From the IMG/VR virus record IMGVR_UViG_3300031088_000734: a stretch of DNA of 64,000 nucleotides, one strand, 5' to 3'. The stretch comes from a virus. The notes beneath the pieces are model-generated. The model saw nothing but the letters and a program-made list of their open reading frames with translations. It ran no database searches and was not told the origin of the DNA. Position numbers and translations under genes: made by a program. Of the stretch, positions 27,065-36,666 are shown piece after piece (the stretch's first letter is position 1; each line of letters begins with the position of its first letter).

Positions 27065-27235
27065 TTGGTGAATACTCAATTTATTGAGGTCGTAGGCTAG
27101 TCCCTTCTTCACCAGCCAGATTTGCTGTAGGCTCTTGTAGCCTGTCCGACCGGGTTGTGACCGGGCAGCACCAGACGGTGCCCACCTAACAGTGGAGTCG
27201 ATATGGCGTAGGTAATCGGTTCCTATTGCAGCAAT
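27065..27235 (+). ncRNA. Candidate multi-branched structured RNA
   Basis: GC-richer than flanks; TGGTGAA/TTCACCA, TTGCTGTA/TGCAGCAA, TAGGCT/AGCCTG, GCACC-agac-GGTGC, CCAC/GTGG, CGAC/GTCG. Confidence 0.45.
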
Positions 27236-27325
27236 GAAATTATTAACATTATTGAGAGATTCTTATGCCGACATACGAAAAAATCTGGACACGATTATAA
27301 AATGTTAGCCCTAGGAGGGTCAATT

Positions 27326-27487
27326 ATGTCTAGAAGTGTAAAAGGTAGTAAAGGTTGTGGTTATGAATACTGGTCTAAACGTCCTATGTGCTATTCTTCT
27401 CCCGGTCGTTGGGCGAAGCAAAAATGCCATAGAATTGAAAGACAACATGACAAAGAGTTAATCAGAACTGAACTCAAAGATCTTTGA
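27326..27487 (+). CDS. Small basic protein (53 aa)
   Basis: GGAGG RBS; MSRSVKGSKGCGYEYWSKRP...KCHRIERQ. Confidence 0.7.
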   Translation: MSRSVKGSKGCGYEYWSKRPMCYSSPGRWAKQKCHRIERQHDKELIRTELKDL

Positions 27488-27489
27488 GT

Positions 27490-27645
27490 GGTTCTTACAG
27501 AGCAAGACCTGCATTAAGCGAAGACTGGCAGCTTGATACGGGATTTATACCGGCCCAGCGGAGTAGTGGAGTGATAGGTGTATGCCTTGACCTTAGAAGC
27601 GATAATCTTCGGTGACTTGGTGGTGGAAAAAGATAAACCACATAG
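27490..27645 (+). ncRNA. Candidate structured 3' UTR RNA
   Basis: ATTAAGC/GCTTGAT (27513/27537), GGTTCTT/AAGACC, GTGG/CCAC; ends at terminator 27649..27675. Confidence 0.35.
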
Positions 27646-27648
27646 AGT

Positions 27649-27675
27649 AAAAGACTTCTTCGGAGGTCTTTTTTT
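27649..27675 (+). terminator. Intrinsic terminator with UUCG loop
   Basis: AAAAGACTTC-TTCG-GAGGTCTTTT plus T run. Confidence 0.8.
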
Positions 27676-27738
27676 ATTTGGTCATTTTTTAAAATTATGG
27701 TATTATAATTATAATAAACAAAAATTCATCAGGTATAT

Positions 27739-28791
27739 ATGAATATAAACAGAGATGTTATAATTAATCACTTTGAACATTTAAAAGGATTAATGGAAAA
27801 AGAAGATCAAGCAGTAGCACATATAGATTCTCTTAAAGATAATGGTGTTAGTTTGAATGATAGATCTCATATGAAAATGGCTGCACTTCAAGAGACTTCA
27901 TTTTATAATGATTTAACAAATAATGCGTTATTGGAAAACTTTAAACAACTTCCTGATGATGCGGGTTATATTAAACATTTAGCAGCAATTTCAATTAATG
28001 TGTACACCAGTGCTGATCATGGAATGCTTAAAGATTTCTTAAAATCTAAAGGGTTTTTATCTAACGAATTCAATTTACTAGATGATTTAAATAATAAAGA
28101 ACCTGCATTTAAGGCTCTCATTGGATCGGATTCACTAGATGGTTTGAATAGTATTATTTCTGATATAGATACTCTTTGTGGAAAAAATGATATTCTTTTT
28201 GAACGCTATAAATCTCTTATCAATAACAGTATTAATAATGTTGAAGTAAAAAGTAATGTTGAATCTGTTTTTTGGATAATGAATAAAGTGGATAGCCCTA
28301 TTGTTTTGGGCAGTAAAATAGATGACATTATTGTATTTGATGTTGGTGGCAAGCATGATTTCACACTTTCCACTCATAACATCAGCAATCCATTGGTTTC
28401 ATATAATGCACCAGAAGATAAAAAAACTGTTAAAAAAACTGGACTTATTGCTGGATTCTTGAATAATCATTTGGAAAAGACAGAAAATGCAATCAAGGCA
28501 GAAGTTTTGAAAGAAACCTTAGCTGGTTTTGAAAGCTCTTGTTTGCGTTATCAGGATAACATTAGAAATTTAACTGATTCTGTTATTGATTTCAATCTTC
28601 GTTCACATGCAGAAAAAGATCCAAATATTTCTATACTGAGATCGTATCAAATAGAACATGGACGATTAAATGATCTATTCCGTACTATTGTTCGTAATAA
28701 TTCAGACTATGTTGAAAGATCGATTGATAATAATCCTGAACAACTTAAGATTCATCAAGAAATAATTAAAAAATATGGCTTTAAACCTTAA
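27739..28791 (+). CDS. Hypothetical protein
   Basis: 350-aa ORF; no recognisable motif. Confidence 0.8.
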   Translation: MNINRDVIINHFEHLKGLMEKEDQAVAHIDSLKDNGVSLNDRSHMKMAALQETSFYNDLTNNALLENFKQLPDDAGYIKHLAAISINVYTSADHGMLKDFLKSKGFLSNEFNLLDDLNNKEPAFKALIGSDSLDGLNSIISDIDTLCGKNDILFERYKSLINNSINNVEVKSNVESVFWIMNKVDSPIVLGSKIDDIIVFDVGGKHDFTLSTHNISNPLVSYNAPEDKKTVKKTGLIAGFLNNHLEKTENAIKAEVLKETLAGFESSCLRYQDNIRNLTDSVIDFNLRSHAEKDPNISILRSYQIEHGRLNDLFRTIVRNNSDYVERSIDNNPEQLKIHQEIIKKYGFKP

Positions 28792-28847
28792 GTTCTTCAC
28801 AAAAAAAAGACTTCTGATGAAGTCTTTTTTTTTGTTTTTTTTAACTA

Positions 28848-29480
28848 TTACATTTTAAAGCGTCTTTTTGTTTCTAACTTTGGTTTTGGTGTTTCTCTGT
28901 TTGCTGCCAAATTAATCCACTGAGTGTCTTCTCTACCTTGTTTATCTATACTGTGAGATAATTTTACATTTCCAAAAAGTTTTGAATCATCAATTATTTT
29001 TGTTAATTCTGGTATGGTGTAGTAACTGAAAAATCTTCCTTTGGGATCACTGGATTCGCCTTCACCTGCCTTGAAGCTTGCATATATTTTTGCACCTTCT
29101 TTCATGCTTTCGGCAATATTCTTTAAAGCATCTTTCAATTCATTTTTGTTCAAATGAAGTAATGAAGCCATACACCAAACACCATCAAATTCATTTTTCC
29201 AGTCTATTTCTGCAAATGTCTTATTTTCTACTTTTACAGCAGAATTGTTTTTAGCAATTTCAACCAATTCTTTGGAAGCATCTATACCTTGTACATTAAA
29301 TCCTAAATTTTTGAAAGCCAATAAATCACGGCCTGAACCGCAACCAGCATCTAATATTTTTGCACCCACTGGTAAGCCCTTGGTGAATTCCTTGTGGAGA
29401 TCAGAAATGTCTAAATTTATAGTGCTTTGAGCATATTCATCAGCATTCTTATTGTAATAATCTATCGTCTCTTTATTCAT
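28848..29480 (-). CDS. Class I SAM-dependent methyltransferase (TehB/tellurite-resistance-like)
   Basis: KILDAGCGSGRD motif I; FDGVWCMASLLHL. Confidence 0.8.
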   Translation of the reverse strand: MNKETIDYYNKNADEYAQSTINLDISDLHKEFTKGLPVGAKILDAGCGSGRDLLAFKNLGFNVQGIDASKELVEIAKNNSAVKVENKTFAEIDWKNEFDGVWCMASLLHLNKNELKDALKNIAESMKEGAKIYASFKAGEGESSDPKGRFFSYYTIPELTKIIDDSKLFGNVKLSHSIDKQGREDTQWINLAANRETPKPKLETKRRFKM

Positions 29481-29586
29481 AATATTCTTTTCTGTTGATT
29501 ATTTACATTGTACCACATTTTTTTGTTGTTTAAAGCTTGAAGAAGTGCTATAATCTTCCCATACAAACACACAAAGGTGCTTTACC

Positions 29587-29853
29587 ATGATCAGTGAACG
29601 AGTTTCGGTTAATAACTATGTTGTTCGTTTCTACACTAAAGTAGAAGACGCCCGTGATGCGGCTAAATACGAACATATGCAAGTCTGCCAGTATGGTAAA
29701 GACAATCGTTTTATCATCACACCAGACAAAGATGCTGAGCACCCTGAATTGATTGATACCACTGGCGTTATTTTCAGTAAGCGTTCGCAGGAAAATGACA
29801 GCACTGTTAAGGTTTGGATGACTGAGTTTGTAGCTGAACTCACCGTTGTCTAA
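29587..29853 (+). CDS. Hypothetical protein
   Basis: 88 aa; AAGGTG RBS. Confidence 0.6.
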   Translation: MISERVSVNNYVVRFYTKVEDARDAAKYEHMQVCQYGKDNRFIITPDKDAEHPELIDTTGVIFSKRSQENDSTVKVWMTEFVAELTVV

Positions 29854-30014
29854 GTAGGAACTGCTGGGGAGCAGCGTAAGACCATTAGGAGCAGTTGTAA
29901 CGACCTCGCACATGAGAATGTCCGGGGTTTTTTGTTGCCTATCAAAAATAAATAGATGACAGGTTTATCTATTTTTGATAGAATAGAGACATAATTTAAT
30001 CGGAGACATTTGTA

Positions 30015-30236
30015 ATGACCAGTAAACTTAACAAAAAAATTGATGAAGAAATGTCCGTATTTATCGCTAAAATGGAGAGTGGTTTCACACCAGACGCGGC
30101 ATTCAAAGCCATTCTTCGCCGTGTCTTGAAAGAGCAAGATCGGGATACTCGCCATGCGTGTGCCGAAAGCGTTTTGCAAACCAATAATTCAGATGAAGCT
30201 CACGAAGCCTGTATGAATTGCAATACGTTTGGTTAA
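30015..30236 (+). CDS. Hypothetical protein
   Basis: 73 aa; RHACAE motif. Confidence 0.55.
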   Translation: MTSKLNKKIDEEMSVFIAKMESGFTPDAAFKAILRRVLKEQDRDTRHACAESVLQTNNSDEAHEACMNCNTFG

Positions 30237-30354
30237 TTCAAGTCTATTATTTTTTGACTAATTTAAAGAGCCGACGAATGGCTCTTTTTTTTGTTTAACT
30301 CTTTCATTTTTTACAATTTAAGCTATAATGGATGTGCAAACTAAGGAGCTTACT

Positions 30355-31038
30355 ATGTTTAAACTAATGTGTATTATATTTTCTAGCTTATTGATGACGG
30401 GGTGTGCTATTAACAACATTGGTAACACAGTGAATCGAAAAATGGATAATTATTCAATTATTGATACCATTACAGAACCACAAAGCAAGCTGGATTACAT
30501 TCGTTTTGAATCACGTAAAACGGAAGCTGCAGACACCTATTTCTCAGTATCGAGTGGTGTTCAGTGGAATGATGATTATGTGGTGGCTTTAAAAACAACT
30601 GAAAGTGCAAATGATAAGTTTGCGTGTCTTGATGAATGTGGTGTTGTGTTTATTAAGAAACATAAACAAGCACCGGTACCGGAATGGCGTCATCGCATCA
30701 GTAATGAACCTGTTACCTTGTTAGGGGCTTCGGACGAAGTTGATGAAACCTTTGTTTATAAATCAATGGATATAGATGTTTCTGCTATCAGTGCAGACAT
30801 CACACCATATCCAGTATATGCGGTACCAACCACCATTGTAGAAAACAATGCAGAAGGTGGCCCAGTCTATGGCACTGATGGTAAAGTGATTGGTATCATT
30901 TCTGGTTTTGTGAATACTGTTGATGATACAGGTGAACGTTTGACTTATCTGGATGGTTTTGATTCTGGTTATTTTGCTTTGTATATTCCTTATAGTGAAT
31001 TGATTAGAGCTTGGGATTTAGTTAAGCCAACTAAGTAA
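30355..31038 (+). CDS. Trypsin-like lipoprotein, catalytically dead
   Basis: Lipobox MTG-C; GVQWNDDYVVALKT (His lost), NAEGGPV (Ser replaced by Glu). Confidence 0.7.
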   Translation: MFKLMCIIFSSLLMTGCAINNIGNTVNRKMDNYSIIDTITEPQSKLDYIRFESRKTEAADTYFSVSSGVQWNDDYVVALKTTESANDKFACLDECGVVFIKKHKQAPVPEWRHRISNEPVTLLGASDEVDETFVYKSMDIDVSAISADITPYPVYAVPTTIVENNAEGGPVYGTDGKVIGIISGFVNTVDDTGERLTYLDGFDSGYFALYIPYSELIRAWDLVKPTK

Positions 31039-31139
31039 ATATATTCTTATTAATATTAAGGACTTTTTAGTCCTTTTTTGTTGCTTAAAATTCAATAATT
31101 TGGTATAATAGCACTTCACTATTCCATCGAGTAAAATCA

Positions 31140-31865
31140 ATGTTTAGATACGTCATTCTTGTTGCCATTACAAGCCTTATTGTAGGTTGTTCGTTTAATG
31201 CTTCCAATTATGAAGCAGAGCAAGCTAAACAGCCTGTTAATGGTCTTAAAAACTACAATGTGGTTCAAGACGCCAGTATCAACATGGGTGGACGCGATTT
31301 GAATTTCGTTACCTTTGAAAAAACAGTTGAAGTTCATGTTATTCAAAATGGTAAAATCATCACTGATACGCAATCTCAATATGGCAGCGGTGTTCAATGG
31401 AATGAAGATTATGTAGTGACGACTAAAGCTGTCAATTTTGTAAATGGATCTTCTCAGCCATGTATCAAAGATTGTGAAATTCAATTTATCAAACGAAAAG
31501 CAACCGCTCCGGTTCCTGATTGGCGTTCTCATGTTGCCAATGAACGAATCACCTTTGTAGGCATTGAAAGCGAAGCTCGTTTTCGTGCTGAATTTGGTAT
31601 GGATTTGAACGTTAAGACCTATACCGAAACCAACACAAGCACGTTGCTCAATGTAGCCGACAATCAAATTGTTAACAACATGTCAGGTGGGCCAGCTTAT
31701 GGTCTGGATGGTAAAGTAGTTGGTATCTTGACGGGTTCTACTGAGACGGCTAATCTTCGTAATTCAACCAATCGTAATTTGAGTGCCCGTGGCGAACGTT
31801 TGTCAGTCTATCTGTCCTATGAAGATGTGCAGAAAGAATGGGTTAAGTTTCAACAATCACATTAA
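31140..31865 (+). CDS. Trypsin-like lipoprotein, probably inactive
   Basis: Lipobox IVG-C; GVQWNEDYVVTTKA (His replaced by Ala), NMSGGPA retains Ser. Confidence 0.7.
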   Translation: MFRYVILVAITSLIVGCSFNASNYEAEQAKQPVNGLKNYNVVQDASINMGGRDLNFVTFEKTVEVHVIQNGKIITDTQSQYGSGVQWNEDYVVTTKAVNFVNGSSQPCIKDCEIQFIKRKATAPVPDWRSHVANERITFVGIESEARFRAEFGMDLNVKTYTETNTSTLLNVADNQIVNNMSGGPAYGLDGKVVGILTGSTETANLRNSTNRNLSARGERLSVYLSYEDVQKEWVKFQQSH

Positions 31866-31889
31866 TTATTTTAATATTAGGAGAATACA

Positions 31890-32099
31890 ATGGAAGCAAA
31901 ACTTAAAGAATTTCAAACCATGACTGAACGTTTTCGTGTTCTGGAAACCGAGATCCTGACTGCTATTCAAACCGTAGGTAAATCAAAAGGCTTTAACTGG
32001 CCGCTTCATGCTATTTCGAATTTGTTTGTGGGTGAAAACTATGTTTCCTTTAAAGTCAACGGCCTTCCAAAACGTCTTGAAATGCACGAAATCGTTTAA
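31890..32099 (+). CDS. Small hypothetical protein
   Basis: 69 aa; AGGAG RBS. Confidence 0.65.
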   Translation: MEAKLKEFQTMTERFRVLETEILTAIQTVGKSKGFNWPLHAISNLFVGENYVSFKVNGLPKRLEMHEIV

Positions 32100-32123
32100 T
32101 ATTAATCATTTTAATTAAAGGTT

Positions 32124-32912
32124 TTGACTATGAAAAATATTATCAAACATCATTTAAAGCAATTGTTCGAAGAAACTTTTAACATCACTGTTAATAATAT
32201 TCTTTTCTCTAAAAATAAGTATAATTCTCAACTTTTTGCTGGTAATGTTTATTATGGTGACAACAAAAAATTAAAATATAAATTTACGACAACTCCTATT
32301 AATGAAGACTCATTTACAACTAAGTTAGTTATTCCGCCTGATGATGATTTGTATCATTCTGCTTATTTTTCTGGTTTGCTTGACAATCATATTATTTATC
32401 AGAAAGTTAGAAGTTGTTATAATTTAAACCATAAGTACAAACAGTTTCGTCTTGACGAATATGATTCGCCTATTGTCGTCAAACAGACTGTCAAAAACAA
32501 CAAGGCTGAAGTTACTCATGAGTTTAAATTACATATTTTTTCTGTTGTCGGTTTGAGTTCAAAAACTGCTTCAGAAGGTCAATTGGATACTAACCTTGTG
32601 CTTGAATGGACAGATGATGGCCTCATTAATGTTAGGGATTCTTATTTGAAGCAAAATATGCATTATCCTAACAGGAGACGTATACTTTCTTTTCAAGGGC
32701 ATGGTGATCAAAAGATGGAGAGAAATGAAGAAACTTACGATTTCATTTTAGATATCATCCATCAAAACTTCATTCACTTTATCGCATATCGTCAACAGGC
32801 CGACTTACCGATTGATGATATGACAATTGAAGACGTTTACAAGACAAATCATGTTGACTTAAATTATAAGTTCATTGCTGCTAGTTTGGTGCGGGATATG
32901 GTTTCAATTTAA
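32124..32912 (+). CDS. Hypothetical protein; divergent M(-4) motif member
   Basis: 262 aa; ends ASLVRDMVSI. Confidence 0.75.
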   Translation: MTMKNIIKHHLKQLFEETFNITVNNILFSKNKYNSQLFAGNVYYGDNKKLKYKFTTTPINEDSFTTKLVIPPDDDLYHSAYFSGLLDNHIIYQKVRSCYNLNHKYKQFRLDEYDSPIVVKQTVKNNKAEVTHEFKLHIFSVVGLSSKTASEGQLDTNLVLEWTDDGLINVRDSYLKQNMHYPNRRRILSFQGHGDQKMERNEETYDFILDIIHQNFIHFIAYRQQADLPIDDMTIEDVYKTNHVDLNYKFIAASLVRDMVSI

Positions 32913-32981
32913 ACTTTTCACGTTGTATAAATGCATCTAATATGGTATACTTATGCCATCAAATCACTGAGGTACAGGTTC

Positions 32982-33518
32982 ATGAAAAAAAGCATTAAAC
33001 TTCTTTTGTCTGTTTTGGCAATCACTTCCACAATGGTATTCGCAGAAGTTCCTGTTGAGAAACAGTTCTCACTGGATAAATTCAGTTATCTGGGTGTTGG
33101 CTTTAAAGATAGCAAGGCAGATCTTGTTGCCAAAGGGTTTGAATGTGTTGCATCGGAATGTAAGCGAGAAACTAAATCTGACAACATCAAAGTCACTTTT
33201 TCTGGTGAAAAACTTCAATATGTTGTTGCACAAGTTTATTATCCGAAATTTATTCATTGTGATGTTAATCAAAAACGAATTCGGGACTTTTTAACAGAGC
33301 ACTATGCGTTTGAATATGTCAATCAAGACCGAAATTTCTTAGGTATGCATGTTACCAGTCGGAGTATGGGTGGCAATATTAACACCACAGAAGGTTTGAT
33401 TTTTGTTAATGTTTCTTGTTCATATAATGGCGAAACAAAAAAAGATTATTCTCTGATTGAGTTTAATCTGGTCGATATTGTTTATCAAGACTTTAAAAAT
33501 GATTTTAAATATCAATAA
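32982..33518 (+). CDS. Secreted protein, paralogue of 33642..34181
   Basis: Signal peptide LLLSVLAITSTMVFA; LDKFSYLGVGFK; conserved Cys pairs. Confidence 0.75.
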   Translation: MKKSIKLLLSVLAITSTMVFAEVPVEKQFSLDKFSYLGVGFKDSKADLVAKGFECVASECKRETKSDNIKVTFSGEKLQYVVAQVYYPKFIHCDVNQKRIRDFLTEHYAFEYVNQDRNFLGMHVTSRSMGGNINTTEGLIFVNVSCSYNGETKKDYSLIEFNLVDIVYQDFKNDFKYQ

Positions 33519-33641
33519 TTCAACAGTTACATCAAAATAGATAAAAAAAACAAACCCATTGTCCTCAGTGGGTTTTTTGTTGTTTTAATGAATAAAATAG
33601 TGTATAATCCATCTATTAAATTTAATGAAGGTCAAAAAATT

Positions 33642-34181
33642 ATGAAAAACAGTTTTCGCATTCTTCTGTCCATTTTGGCAATCACTTCAACAATGCTTTC
33701 AGCGGATGAAACTGTTGAAAAAGTTCGTCAGCTTGATAAATTCAGCTATCATGGCGTTGGCTTCAAGTCGAGTAAAGCAGATTTGGAAGGTCAACGATTC
33801 ACTTGTAATCAAATGCGTTGCTCTCGTAATGAAAAAGACACTCAGATTGATGTTATATTTACTGGTGATAGGATTCAGAAGATTGATGCACGAACCCGCT
33901 ACAATAGCCGTATTGATTGTCTTGACAATCAGAAAGAAATTAAAAACTTTTTGGCAGACACCTATGATTTTGAATATGTCAATCAAGACTACAAAGTGCT
34001 TGGCATGAATGTTAAGAGTGAGGATTTGGGTGGTAACATTAAAACGAAGGATGGTTCTATTTGGGTGAATGTCTCTTGCATGAATGATCCTAAGATTAAT
34101 ATGAGTTACGTCAGCACCCTGTTTGACCTCAAAGATATTTCCTATCAGAACTTTAAGGATGCCTTTAAATATGAACAATAA
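33642..34181 (+). CDS. Secreted protein, paralogue of 32982..33518
   Basis: ILLSILAITSTMLSA; LDKFSYHGVGFK; YVNQD...GGNI...VNVSC shared. Confidence 0.75.
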   Translation: MKNSFRILLSILAITSTMLSADETVEKVRQLDKFSYHGVGFKSSKADLEGQRFTCNQMRCSRNEKDTQIDVIFTGDRIQKIDARTRYNSRIDCLDNQKEIKNFLADTYDFEYVNQDYKVLGMNVKSEDLGGNIKTKDGSIWVNVSCMNDPKINMSYVSTLFDLKDISYQNFKDAFKYEQ

Positions 34182-34243
34182 CAATTAAAAAATTGACAAA
34201 AACAACTTTATGCTATTATTTATTTCATAAAAAAGAGGTGTAT

Positions 34244-34696
34244 ATGGAAGATTCTAACGAAAATGAAATAAGAAAAATCGGGCCAGTTAATTTTATTATT
34301 ATTTTACTAGGCTGTTGTGTTGTCGCTTTTTTTGCAGTTTCATCTTTATTTTTCTTATCATCAGGACATAAGCCTTCTTATTACATAAATAACGAAGGAA
34401 CTGTCTCAGAATTTACTATTGTTGACAATGTTATGAATTTTAAAATGAAAGGATACCAAACAAAATTCATTATGGAATTCAATGAAAATCCTGACATAAA
34501 ACAAACAGATACTATTGAAATAGAATCTAATAACCATCAAGGTTTCGTACAGGTCTATGTAAACAGTAAATTAGTTTACGACAAATTATCTGATTTAACT
34601 TTTACAGAAATTACAGATGATGGTGTTAACACAGTATCCCGTGTTATTAAAAATATTAAAGACAATAAACTAACCCCCACTACATCTATTTTGTAA
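34244..34696 (+). CDS. Single-TM membrane protein
   Basis: GAGG RBS; FIIILLGCCVVAFFAVSSLFFL. Confidence 0.7.
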   Translation: MEDSNENEIRKIGPVNFIIILLGCCVVAFFAVSSLFFLSSGHKPSYYINNEGTVSEFTIVDNVMNFKMKGYQTKFIMEFNENPDIKQTDTIEIESNNHQGFVQVYVNSKLVYDKLSDLTFTEITDDGVNTVSRVIKNIKDNKLTPTTSIL

Positions 34697-34731
34697 ATTA
34701 ATAACAATGTCTTCTGAGGATATTTTATAAT

Positions 34732-35271
34732 ATGAATAAAATTGTTAGCAATGGCTCAGTGCATCATCTTATTGATTTGAAATCAAGGGAAGCTATGCAC
34801 CTTTATTACGGTTTAAAAAACAGGTTTGAATATACTGTTGAAAATCGTGAAGAAGTCATTAAAACCATTGCTGATGATATTCGTTCTTTTGTCTTGCAGT
34901 ATGACTTTTTGGTGTATCCAGAAAGCAGTGCATCGTTTATCAGTGATGTGCTGTCTCAGATTGATATTCCACAATACCAAGTGGTTAAAAATTCTATTGA
35001 GAATGTGAGAGCATACTCTAATACGCTCAATTTACAAAAGAAAGAACGTGAAAGCCATGAGGAACGTTTTGCACTTATGGGACCAAAGTTTAAAATCAAC
35101 CAGATGAAATCAACACAACGTATAAAATATGAAGATGTTATTTTTGACAAGATTGAATTGCCATCAGGTCGAGGTCTTGTGGTTGATGATAGTCATTTCT
35201 CAGGTACTACATACAGAGCGTTGGTCAGTGTTACGGGTGTTCATGAGTTCTTGGCGATATTTTCAAAATAA
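34732..35271 (+). CDS. Phosphoribosyltransferase-fold protein
   Basis: PRPP-binding-like loop GLVVDDSHFSGTTY near C-terminus. Confidence 0.6.
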   Translation: MNKIVSNGSVHHLIDLKSREAMHLYYGLKNRFEYTVENREEVIKTIADDIRSFVLQYDFLVYPESSASFISDVLSQIDIPQYQVVKNSIENVRAYSNTLNLQKKERESHEERFALMGPKFKINQMKSTQRIKYEDVIFDKIELPSGRGLVVDDSHFSGTTYRALVSVTGVHEFLAIFSK

Positions 35272-35367
35272 TGAAGTGTAAAACACTATAATATCTGTTT
35301 AACCTCCATTTGACAGCATTTTTAAGTAGTGATAGCATGATATTAATATAATATTAGAAGTATAATC

Positions 35368-35961
35368 ATGACTAAGTTTTTGTGTTTTTCTGCTTTAATG
35401 GCTTGCATAGTATTTCCATCAGTTCATGCTGAATATAGAATGGTAGTTGGTCTTGAAGATACTTCTGGTGGTAGTCTTCCAAAAGATTCGATTGTGTTCA
35501 CAAATACAGGCACTGTTCCCACTCAACCGGAAGGTGATGATTATTCTATTTTTGGTAGCTATGCGGCGGTTGCAAGAACAATTGTCGCTGAGAAAAATCC
35601 TGTCACTGTTATGACATATGAAAACGTTCGAGATGTTTTTAATGCTGGCTATAATTTGAACGATTATCGCACGCTGCAAATGGATGGTTATGGATATGGT
35701 TTGTTAGCGAATTATGTATGGTCTACTGATTTTACATTGAGTAATCTCATCTCTTTACACAATGAAGGATATAATTTGTTAACGGTGGCTCAAGCTGGGA
35801 ACTATATCTTTGATGTATACAATATTCCTACCAATGTTGGTATTCATAAGATTACAGAAAGCTATAAGGCCAGTTGTTTTCCTTCTTTAGTTTCTGTTTT
35901 CCCGCAAATAGATATTTCCCAATGGGACGCTTATGCTGGACAACAAAACTGTTTAAAATAA
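35368..35961 (+). CDS. Secreted protein, [DEG]Y family
   Basis: VHA-EYRMVVGLEDTSGGSLPKDSIVF. Confidence 0.75.
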   Translation: MTKFLCFSALMACIVFPSVHAEYRMVVGLEDTSGGSLPKDSIVFTNTGTVPTQPEGDDYSIFGSYAAVARTIVAEKNPVTVMTYENVRDVFNAGYNLNDYRTLQMDGYGYGLLANYVWSTDFTLSNLISLHNEGYNLLTVAQAGNYIFDVYNIPTNVGIHKITESYKASCFPSLVSVFPQIDISQWDAYAGQQNCLK

Positions 35962-35968
35962 TCTAGGT

Positions 35969-36157
35969 ATGTGGTATAATAGCTTACACTTACAGAGGAT
36001 GATGATTATGTTGAAATGTCTTTTTGGTTTGAACTGCAATATGGTTTATTTTAAAGATGTTGTGATTAGTCATGGGATCTTGGATGGTAGCACTGTCATG
36101 TCTGTTTACAAATGCACGGTCTGCAATCGAGAGAAAAACGAAGAATATTCACGTTAA
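35969..36157 (+). CDS. Small Cys-containing protein
   Basis: KCLFGLNC...YKCTVC; GAGGA RBS (likely start near 36002). Confidence 0.55.
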   Translation: MWYNSLHLQRMMIMLKCLFGLNCNMVYFKDVVISHGILDGSTVMSVYKCTVCNREKNEEYSR

Positions 36158-36193
36158 AAAAAGGTAGCCTAGGCTACCTTCTTTATTTTGTTA

Positions 36194-36496
36194 TTACTCT
36201 TTTTTCATGTCTTCGACATTATCTCTGAGATAACTCTCTTTTCTACTGGCTTTTAATTCGTCCCATTTTTTGTTTTGCTCTGGGGTGAGTACGCCTTGTA
36301 TATCTTTATCTTCTGCGAGACGGTGTTTTTCATGAATGTCTCTTAATTGTGTTTTTTGTGTATCGTTAAGTTTTAAATCTTGATAATACTTACCAAAGAA
36401 TCCTTCAAACCAGTTGTCATTTGTACTTGGGCCAGCGAAAGCAACTGATGATGTAAGTAATGCAGCTCCCATAATTGCGATTAATGATTTGTTCAT
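36194..36496 (-). CDS. Spy/CpxP-like periplasmic protein
   Basis: Signal peptide AFA-G; DLKLNDTQKTQL and VLTPEQ (LTxxQ) motifs. Confidence 0.6.
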   Translation of the reverse strand: MNKSLIAIMGAALLTSSVAFAGPSTNDNWFEGFFGKYYQDLKLNDTQKTQLRDIHEKHRLAEDKDIQGVLTPEQNKKWDELKASRKESYLRDNVEDMKKE

Positions 36497-36666
36497 AAAA
36501 CATCCTCCTAATTATTGGTCTTACTAATATTAGCATAGAAAAACCAAAAGTCAATAGCAACCATTCGCATTTACTTGTCTCTATTTCCTTTTAAACATGT
36601 AAAAACGTTTAACTTTTCCATATTCTTTGGTATAATACAAACACTTAAAACAGTGGAGATAAAAAT

